Assembly (NCBI GenBank): GCA_976551045.1
Contig: CDPCPM010000017.1
Span: forward strand, 6,510,001-6,574,000
Direction of reading: 5' to 3'
Length of the DNA: 64,000 nt
DNA from: Glaucostegus cemiculus
Lineage: Eukaryota
A program made the translations under genes and the position numbers. Shown in pieces: positions 60,001-64,000 of the stretch. The notes below the pieces were generated by a model. The model searched no databases. It was not told where the DNA came from and worked only from the letters and a program-made list of their open reading frames with translations. How positions within the stretch are numbered: position 1 is the first letter of the stretch; each line of letters begins with the position of its first letter.

Positions 60001-61260
60001 ATGTAGTGTGATACTAGATGGGCAACTAATTAGAGGCCAGGGATCATCAGTGAGAGCAGAGTTCATATAGGCCAAGGATGTCAACCAGAACTTCCAAGAT
60101 TAAAGCAATATTTCAACTTAATTTGCCAGTGACCAATCCAACTTAGTTATCTTTCTGACATATTTAGAACTTTTTCCAGCCAAAGGAAAGAACATAAGAA
60201 GGAGGAGTAGACCTCTATGTGTGGCTCCTTGAGTTTGCTCTGCCACTGATTTGATCTTAACTTTAGCTACACTTCCCTATTTGTTTCTCATAAACCACAG
60301 TTACTCTGTAAACCAAAGAGCTATCTCAGCCTTTATTAAATGATTCATCATACAGGAGGGCAGGGTAAATATGTTGAGTTAGATCTGTCTTTCTGAATGC
60401 AGGAAGGAAAAATCCCTTTGGTTGGAGTATCAAAATCTCTCGCTGTTCAATATAAAATATGTAATTTTACACAGCAGAAAACGAAATCACTGTGCTAACT
60501 CATGTTAAACCTGTATCAGACTGCTGATATGCAGGGTGAGAGAGGAAAGGTGCTACAAATCCCAGTTATTTAGTCTTATCATTTAATTATTCTGGTGTGC
60601 TTTGTGTATTTTGGTGGGGGAATCCAGGACTAGAGGGCACAACCTTAGAATTAGAGGAAGCAGGTTCAAAACAGAGATAAGGAGGAATTTCTTTAGCCAG
60701 AGGGGGTGAACCTGTGGAACTCCTTACCACAGAAAAGAGTGGAGGCCAGATCATTGGGGATATTCAAGAAGGAAATAGATAGATATCTAATTGGTCGAGG
60801 TATCAAGGGATATGGAGATAAGGTGGGAATTTGGAGTTAGAATAGGTTTTTTTCATTCTTTTTCATCCTCTTTTCCCCCCTTTTTCCCCCACCCTCCCTT
60901 CCCTTTGGAGCAGACTCGATGGGCCGAGTGGCCTGCTTCTGCTCCATTATCTTGTGATCTTATTTTAAGGTGTTTCTTAATTCAGCTGGCATCCAATCTA
61001 TGCTGAGATTCTTACCATAATATGTGGTCGCTATTGATTGATTTTTATTTGAACTGATACACAATTTGCATCCCTCTTCCAGATTTGACACTGTTACTAA
61101 CAGCATGATAAAAGAGTGTAGCTGTTGCCAAGCTACCAGGACTGAAAACAGGACAGTGAATCTCGATTGTGGAAATGGAGACAGTGTGCCTTACAACTAC
61201 ACCTACATAACAGCATGCAAGTGCAACAGTAACAACTGTTATAATAATACACCAGCTTAA
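8992..61260 (+). CDS. muc19: Gel-forming mucin, MUC19-like; spliced gene of 42 coding exons, about 2378 aa (SP-D1-D2-D'D3-PTS-CysD-D4-C8-TIL-VWC-CK)
   Basis: Exons joined by hand through GT-AG (one GC-AG) sites with all phases consistent; lengths sum to 7137 nt with no internal stop. VWD CGLCG motifs, C8/TIL cysteine patterns, PTS array and cystine knot are present. D3 text [28 protein letters not shown]...[13 protein letters not shown] matches the MUC19 subfamily as recalled. Confidence 0.88.
10670..12620 (+). mobile_element. Decayed CR1/L2-clade LINE in intron 1
   Basis: Remnant peptides [17 protein letters not shown] and [18 protein letters not shown]; A-rich end near 12615. Confidence 0.75.
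13181..13246 (+). CDS. muc19: Exon 2 ([22 protein letters not shown])
   Basis: tttcatttag acceptor, G|gtaagt donor, phase 1-1. Confidence 0.8.
13357..13585 (+). CDS. muc19: Exon 3, VWD1 start ([33 protein letters not shown]...)
   Basis: catcag acceptor; VWD C-x-TWG-x3-F-x-TF pattern; ends at GC donor AT|gcaagt, phase 2. Confidence 0.88.
13917..14034 (+). CDS. muc19: Exon 4, VWD1 ([18 protein letters not shown]...[10 protein letters not shown])
   Basis: ttttgcag acceptor, gtaaga donor, phase 2-0. Confidence 0.88.
14965..15735 (-). mobile_element. Old tRNA-derived SINE (Deu-domain-like) split by an LTR; related copies near 32500-33000 and 62560-62800
   Basis: Reverse B-box-like ggagtgggacttgaactcacaacc at about 15679; body motif cagtgcagcactgcctcag before the insertion. 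Confidence 0.55.
15261..15670 (-). mobile_element. Putative solo LTR
   Basis: TGTT...AACA ends, near-TSD cgtc/catc, minus-strand AATAAA near 15322; interrupts a SINE. Confidence 0.65.
15935..16013 (+). CDS. muc19: Exon 5, VWD1 CGLCG ([19 protein letters not shown]...)
   Basis: acag acceptor, G|gtaatt donor, CGLCGNF motif. Confidence 0.92.
16485..17060 (-). mobile_element. CR1 3' fragment, with a short opposite-strand tail at about 16912-16980
   Basis: Reverse complement of CR1 ORF2 end and UTR (ccttaaacctatgccctctagttt). Confidence 0.85.
17195..17301 (+). CDS. muc19: Exon 6, VWD1/C8-1 linker
   Basis: catgcag acceptor, ATG|gtaagg donor, phase 1-0, open frame with two Cys. Confidence 0.82.
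19207..19693 (+). mobile_element. Possible solo LTR
   Basis: TG...CA ends, flanks gttaat/attaat, AATAAA at 19643. Confidence 0.35.
19931..20106 (+). CDS. muc19: Exon 7, C8-1 ([13 protein letters not shown]...[11 protein letters not shown])
   Basis: ttttcag acceptor, AG|gtaatt donor; C8 motif CxTFxELSRQC. Confidence 0.9.
20340..20620 (-). mobile_element. CR1 fragments
   Basis: actgatccctgcagaacaccactggtcac matches the minus CR1 copy at about 3214-3240. Confidence 0.7.
21327..21385 (+). CDS. muc19: Exon 8, end of C8-1 (...[10 protein letters not shown])
   Basis: ttatag acceptor, G|gtaaga donor, phase 2-1, WR-x4-C motif. Confidence 0.85.
21488..21613 (+). CDS. muc19: Exon 9, TIL1 ([21 protein letters not shown]...CECPEG)
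   Basis: TIL cysteine pattern; canonical splice sites, phase 1-1. Confidence 0.93.
22246..22366 (+). CDS. muc19: Exon 10, TIL1/E1 ([30 protein letters not shown])
   Basis: ctcag acceptor, TG|gtaatg donor, phase 1-2. Confidence 0.93.
22451..22589 (+). CDS. muc19: Exon 11, E1/VWD2 start ([10 protein letters not shown]...[21 protein letters not shown])
   Basis: gtcag acceptor, gtacgt donor; CPGRC and HFTTFD motifs. Confidence 0.92.
23041..23133 (+). CDS. muc19: Exon 12, VWD2 ([14 protein letters not shown]...TCLHHVVL)
   Basis: ccacag acceptor, CAG|gtgaga donor, phase 0-0. Confidence 0.9.
23235..23307 (+). CDS. muc19: Exon 13, VWD2 ([15 protein letters not shown]...)
   Basis: gtgtag acceptor, G|gtaaaa donor, phase 0-1. 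Confidence 0.85.
23380..23517 (+). CDS. muc19: Exon 14, VWD2 ([33 protein letters not shown])
   Basis: tttttacag acceptor after a 72-nt intron; PxMQLY motif. Confidence 0.92.
24401..24556 (+). CDS. muc19: Exon 15, VWD2 end ([15 protein letters not shown]...FANSW...PDPCISSEN)
   Basis: GLCG-x-FN and FANSW motifs; phase 1-1. Confidence 0.94.
25123..25215 (+). pseudogene. Decayed partial duplicate of exon 15 and its donor site
   Basis: ttttgctaattctt and aagcatacttgacccatgcatgagttcagaaaacagtaatataacaaagg match 24480-24493 and 24522-24571 with an internal deletion. Confidence 0.85.
25232..25467 (-). mobile_element. V-SINE (HE1-like), young
   Basis: tRNA-like head, V-domain core and CR1-like tail; close inverted match to 55121-55360. 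Confidence 0.9.
27136..27230 (+). CDS. muc19: Exon 16, C8-2 ([27 protein letters not shown])
   Basis: ttgcag acceptor, CAG|gtaaga donor. Confidence 0.92.
27919..28045 (+). CDS. muc19: Exon 17, C8-2 ([31 protein letters not shown]...NWRRDIC)
   Basis: C8 cysteine pattern; ttccag acceptor, gtacgt donor. Confidence 0.93.
29182..29428 (+). CDS. muc19: Exon 18, TIL2/E2 ([28 protein letters not shown]...)
   Basis: Inside ORF 29157..29432; TIL pattern; phase 1-2. Confidence 0.94.
29515..29570 (+). CDS. muc19: Exon 19, E2 ([10 protein letters not shown]...)
   Basis: ctgcag acceptor, G|gtatcc donor. Confidence 0.9.
29679..29779 (+). CDS. muc19: Exon 20, D' TIL ([11 protein letters not shown]...[12 protein letters not shown])
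   Basis: ctttag acceptor, gtaagt donor, phase 1-0. Confidence 0.92.
30073..30221 (+). CDS. muc19: Exon 21, D' ([30 protein letters not shown]...)
   Basis: CAGCAG tandem acceptor (start 30073 or 30076), TG|gtaaga donor. Confidence 0.92.
30312..30450 (+). CDS. muc19: Exon 22, E'/VWD3 start ([10 protein letters not shown]...[17 protein letters not shown])
   Basis: YGDGHY-x-TFDG motif; canonical sites. Confidence 0.95.
31157..31261 (+). CDS. muc19: Exon 23, VWD3 ([30 protein letters not shown])
   Basis: MUC19-type ILTESVPCC; phase 0-0. Confidence 0.93.
31388..31579 (+). CDS. muc19: Exon 24, VWD3 (...[33 protein letters not shown])
   Basis: Inside ORF 31370..31594; GLYL and IWDK motifs. Confidence 0.95.
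32116..32352 (+). CDS. muc19: Exon 25, VWD3 end/C8-3 ([12 protein letters not shown]...FGNSWK...[16 protein letters not shown])
   Basis: CGLCGNF motif; AAG acceptor; AAG|gtacgt donor. Confidence 0.95.
33141..33297 (+). CDS. muc19: Exon 26, C8-3 ([37 protein letters not shown])
   Basis: C8 pattern with the MUC19-type EG[RK]YLGFC; canonical sites. Confidence 0.95.
33555..33680 (+). CDS. muc19: Exon 27, TIL3 ([21 protein letters not shown])
   Basis: CDYYN..GEC.WHY.PCG motif; phase 1-1. Confidence 0.95.
34268..35548. repeat. Inverted-repeat element with nested insertions (possible non-autonomous DNA transposon)
   Basis: 34318-34342 is the exact reverse complement of 35483-35507; similarity extends over about 90 nt; second inverted pair at 34361-34475 and 34560-34672. 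Confidence 0.75.
36202..36340 (+). CDS. muc19: Exon 28, TIL3/E3 ([32 protein letters not shown])
   Basis: Inside ORF 36117..36380; phase 1-2. Confidence 0.93.
36961..36992 (+). CDS. muc19: Exon 29, E3 end ([11 protein letters not shown])
   Basis: 32-nt exon; ttccag acceptor, G|gtattt donor, phase 2-1. Confidence 0.88.
39125..40690 (+). CDS. muc19: Exon 30, PTS mucin domain, 522 codons
   Basis: tttag acceptor, G|gtaaat donor, phase 1-1; Thr/Ser/Pro-rich frame of ORF 39106..40698. Confidence 0.93.
39130..40685 (+). repeat. Coding VNTR, 39-nt unit ACGACAACAACCGGAGTGTCAACAACCACAAGTCTTCCT ([13 protein letters not shown]), about 40 copies with variants
   Basis: Directly visible tandem array; variant units carry TTSIATS, EVS, RVS and [10 protein letters not shown]. 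Confidence 0.97.
41226..41852 (-). mobile_element. Rex1/Babar LINE 3' fragment
   Basis: Open frame [19 protein letters not shown]...LPSGRRL...[15 protein letters not shown]; tail caataaatctgattctgatt on the minus strand. Confidence 0.9.
45540..46049 (+). CDS. muc19: Exon 31, CysD domain (CLTWSKWYN...IQCEA...GLVC...[10 protein letters not shown]) plus short PTS and pre-D4 Cys segment
   Basis: WxxW C-mannosylation motif at 45551-45562, C-x-DY-x-IRV-CC end; phase 1-1. Confidence 0.92.
46149..46381 (+). CDS. muc19: Exon 32, VWD4 start with GDPH ([30 protein letters not shown])
   Basis: WGDPHY motif at 46163-46180; canonical sites. Confidence 0.95.
46890..47073 (+). CDS. muc19: Exon 33, VWD4 (...[18 protein letters not shown])
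   Basis: NNT-x-GQCG motif typical of MUC2/MUC5 D4; phase 0-1. Confidence 0.92.
47199..47415 (+). CDS. muc19: Exon 34, VWD4 end and Pro-rich linker ([16 protein letters not shown]...[15 protein letters not shown])
   Basis: AAG acceptor, AA|gtatgt donor, phase 1-2. Confidence 0.88.
48445..49160 (-). mobile_element. CR1 3' fragment
   Basis: Minus [11 protein letters not shown]...[25 protein letters not shown]. Confidence 0.88.
50651..50835 (+). CDS. muc19: Exon 35, C8-4 ([10 protein letters not shown]...CLFDQC...CSSLQAC...[13 protein letters not shown])
   Basis: C8 pattern with CVDWR-x2-TNG-x-C; canonical sites. Confidence 0.93.
51383..51452 (+). CDS. muc19: Exon 36, TIL4 first half ([22 protein letters not shown])
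   Basis: ttttccag acceptor, gtaagt donor, phase 1-2. Confidence 0.88.
53686..53786 (+). CDS. muc19: Exon 37, TIL4 second half (...[22 protein letters not shown])
   Basis: EGCFCP motif; ttttcag acceptor, gtgagt donor. Confidence 0.9.
53937..53968 (+). CDS. muc19: Exon 38, VWC start ([11 protein letters not shown])
   Basis: 32-nt exon; ccacag acceptor, gtaagt donor, phase 1-0. Confidence 0.85.
54910..54972 (+). CDS. muc19: Exon 39, VWC ([21 protein letters not shown]); 3' boundary uncertain
   Basis: GE-x-W...C-x4-C pattern; AAG acceptor; CAG|gttggt is the only nearby donor giving phase 0. Confidence 0.72.
55121..55360 (+). mobile_element. V-SINE (HE1-like), young
   Basis: A-box-like tagcgtagcgg at 55131, B-box ggttcgattcc at 55175, V-domain ggagtttgtacgttctcccgtgtctgcgtgggtttcctcc, A-rich tail. 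Confidence 0.9.
55400..56780 (+). mobile_element. Decayed LINE 5' part with APE endonuclease remnant
   Basis: [24 protein letters not shown]...[10 protein letters not shown] resembles YRPP...GDFN of APE domains; its 3' part resembles 10670-10950. Confidence 0.7.
57103..57157 (+). CDS. muc19: Exon 40, VWC end ([18 protein letters not shown])
   Basis: CC-x2-C motif; branch-like ctaat then tgtttag acceptor; G|gtattc donor, phase 0-1. Confidence 0.78.
58230..59370 (+). mobile_element. Rex1/Babar LINE 3' half, inactive
   Basis: YKFADDTT codons at 58444-58467, [34 protein letters not shown]; aataaa plus ccaattt tail. Confidence 0.92.
59692..59800 (+). CDS. muc19: Exon 41, cystine knot first half (DACQM...[17 protein letters not shown])
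   Basis: C-x-G-x-C knot motif; ttcatag acceptor, gtaagt donor. Confidence 0.92.
60615..60960 (+). mobile_element. CR1 3' fragment
   Basis: ggactagagggcacaacctt...tgtggaactccttaccacag...gggccgagtggcctgcttctgctcc. Confidence 0.8.
61083..61260 (+). CDS. muc19: Exon 42, cystine knot end (KECSCCQ...LDCGNG...[14 protein letters not shown]) and stop
   Basis: CSCC and CxC knot motifs; TAA at 61258-61260. Confidence 0.95.
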
Positions 61261-61466
61261 CTGAGCACAATTCTTGCCATCTGTTGATCCTGAAATCTAA
61301 AATTGTAACCAATCTGCAGATATCTTTTTAATGATTTTCCTCATGTAGCATTTGGCTGGTAAAGCCTCTTTAAAAATAAGGTATTTTCAATTAATTTTTA
61401 TAAAGAATCGTGGGATCTTCTTAATAATTTTAACAAGATAATTCAAACCTGTCAATTATTAAAATT

Positions 61467-61472
61467 AATAAA
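61467..61472 (+). terminator. Polyadenylation signal AATAAA
   Basis: About 200 nt after the stop, followed by a GT-rich element (gtgtgatgtatattgttctt). Confidence 0.75.
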
Positions 61473-62145
61473 TGCATGGAAAGAAATACTGTGTGATGTA
61501 TATTGTTCTTAAATTCATTTAGACTATCAACTTATTGAAGCTCAGTCCACTAAAACAGAAAATACTGGAAACGCTCAGTGGGTCAGGCAGCATCTGTGGA
61601 AAGATAAACTAACTTGGAATATTAGAACATAGAACAATACAGCACAGAACAGGCCCTTCAGCCCACAATGTCATGCCGACATAGCTAATCCCTTCTACCT
61701 ACAGAATGCCCATATCCCTCCATTTTCCATTCCGTTTCTTTTTGCACAGTGTTAAAAACTTTGCCAATTTCATAATCATAGCAGGGTAGAAGGATTTGGT
61801 TTATTGCCTGCACACGACTTTTCAGTTTGTGACAAACTCTTCATGACATAACCTGGGATCGCCATTATTACCTTTGATTTATAGCAGTGGGTCTGATGTA
61901 ATCTCCAAATAGAAACATCTGTTCTACGATTGCAGTGCTTTTGTATCTTGTCTCCAGACGCACATGAAATTTGTTACTCTATTAGAACAATGGACAGAAA
62001 TGAAATAGGAAGGTGCCGATAAATGTTCAACTTTAGTTCATCAGCAGGAGCTGCTTGGGCTAATAACCAGGCAACACCTGGAATATTGCATCACAAACCA
62101 CATTATCTGCTGAAAGTCTAAGACTTTGCCAAGAATTCTTTAGCG

Positions 62146-62345
62146 TCACAGAGTCAGAGCACAGAAGCAGCCCTTCAGCCCTCCAGGTCCCTGCCAACCT
62201 TTATGCTCAGCTCCACTAATCCCATTGCCTGCATTAGCATCGTATCCTTCCATGCCTTGCCAATTTAAGTGTCTATCTAAATGCCTCTTAAACATAGTAA
62301 TTGTATCTGATTTCACCACCTCCTCTGGCAGCATGTTCCAGAACT
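62146..62345 (-). mobile_element. CR1 3' fragment
   Basis: Minus ORF WNMLPEEVV...FKRHLDRHL. Confidence 0.8.
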
Positions 62346-63689
62346 TTTCTAACACTTTGCCTACAGTTCAACAATGAAAAATTTTATATTTGTTGAACTT
62401 CAGAACAATTCTTTTAAATAAAGTTGATGGATCAATCACTTTTCTGCTTGTTCACTTCCATGAATTCAATTTCATGAAGTAGGAGAGCTAGAAATTTTTG
62501 TTGACTATCACAAGTGTTATCTAACATCTTGTGGACAGTGAAAACATACCACAGCAAACTACTTGTTTTGTGACAGACTATGTGCTGCGTTTGTACATAA
62601 GGGTTGTTGAATAGAGCAGTATAATTACTCTTGTATCTGGCTCATAGACTAGTGAAGTGGTTCAATATCTCTTCTGAAAGACACCAGCCTCGACAATTCA
62701 GTCCTCACTCAGCACTGGACAGTTGAGTCAATTTAGGTTTTGAGCTCAACTTTCTGAAGTGGATCTTGAACCTACAGCCTTTGTCTGTAATTCTATTGAA
62801 TTGTACTTGGCATCAATTGGTAAATTACAATTACTCTATACCTTCTCCTTTATACAAGCTTTCAAAGCAATATTGTGAAGCCCAGTTGCAGCAATTTTTT
62901 GGCATCAGGTTTATTTTGCAGAATTCTGTAACCTCTAAGAGAACTAGGTTAAATGGCCAATGGTGGGAGTTGATGAGAAAATGGGGATTTACGTTAACAT
63001 ATGCTTAATGTAAATGGTGGTTGATGATCAGTGTGGACTTTCTGTCCTGTGATAGGTTCTCTCTATAATCACTGTCAAGATTAAGCCAATGGACACTCCA
63101 AAAATGAGATTTACTTGTTATAATTCTCTCATTAATTGCTCAGATTTGAATTGTTTCAGCAACAAGCCAACAAATGCTCTGTTGATGAAAATACAAACTG
63201 CTGGAGGAATTCAGAGGGTTAAGCTGCATCTGTGGAGGATAAAGGATGGGCGACATTTTGGTTGAGATCCTGCTGTCACTTGACACTGCCACAAGTCACA
63301 GTACCCTAACCCTGCAATAGGTTGAAATGGTAAACAGGGTTACTCCAACTTTACATCTCCGCAGCTGCACAATGGACAACTTAGAGTATTCACCATGTGG
63401 AGAAAGGAGGATCAATAGGAAAAGCATTGAACTGATTGAGTATATAAAGGTGATAACAGCAATGAGGGGATGGGCAGAACGACATAGAATGGAAACAAAA
63501 GCAGACAGACAGTCTCAATTGGGATTGAAATAATATGTTTGAAACACAGTTCAGGATGCCAAAGTTGCATGTGGTTTTACTGAAAGATAGTGGACAGGGA
63601 GGGATGTGGCTGAGCAAACAGTCTATTTATCTATCCGCAATAGTCTGTCTGGAATTTTGACCTTAGAGAGGAAGCCAACTTTGACAAAC

Positions 63690-64000
63690 AATATTTGGAA
63701 TCAAAATTGGTTATGTATACATGAAAAACTTGTCTTGCACATCATTCATACCAATCAATTAATTACACAGTGCATCGAGATAGTTTAAGGGAAAACAATA
63801 ACAGAATGCAGAATATAGTGTGACAGTTACAGAGAAAGTGAAGTGCAGGCAGACAATAACAGGGTAGGTTGTGAGGACAAGAGTCCATCTTATCATATGA
63901 AGGAACTATTCAACAGCCTAATAACAACAGGATAGAAGTTTTCCTGGAGCCTGGTTGTACATGGATTCAGGCATTTGTATCTTCGGCCCAATGGGAGAGG
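63690..64000 (-). mobile_element. Rex1/Babar 3' end, same family as 58230-59370; runs off the window
   Basis: Reverse complement of 59010-59350 (gggaaaacaataacagaatgcagaat, gagaaagtg...gtgcagg). Confidence 0.85.

Overview
This is eukaryotic vertebrate genomic DNA. The repeat content (V-SINE/HE1-like SINEs, CR1, Rex1/Babar, short Penelope-like ends) suggests a shark or ray; that is an inference. One complete + strand gel-forming mucin gene fills the window. I built it by hand from splice sites and reading phases: 42 coding exons, ATG 8992 to TAA 61260, 7137 nt CDS, about 2378 aa, TATA box at 8938, AATAAA at 61467. Domain order: signal peptide, D1, D2, D'D3, a single-exon Thr-rich PTS array (39-nt/13-aa unit, about 40 copies), CysD, D4 with GDPH, C8, TIL, a shortened VWC, cystine knot. 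The D1-D3 region carries MUC19-diagnostic motifs ([44 protein letters not shown]). The CysD and GDPH-D4 block is MUC2/MUC5-type and, to my knowledge, absent from mammalian MUC19; this hybrid or ancestral architecture is the main finding. Other oddities: a GC-AG intron required for frame, a uORF overlapping the start codon, a decayed duplicate of exon 15, a last VWC lacking two cysteines, a nested inverted-repeat element and an intronic CpG-rich patch. The rest is intronic or intergenic transposon debris. No database searches were run; family comparisons are from memory and TE boundaries are approximate.
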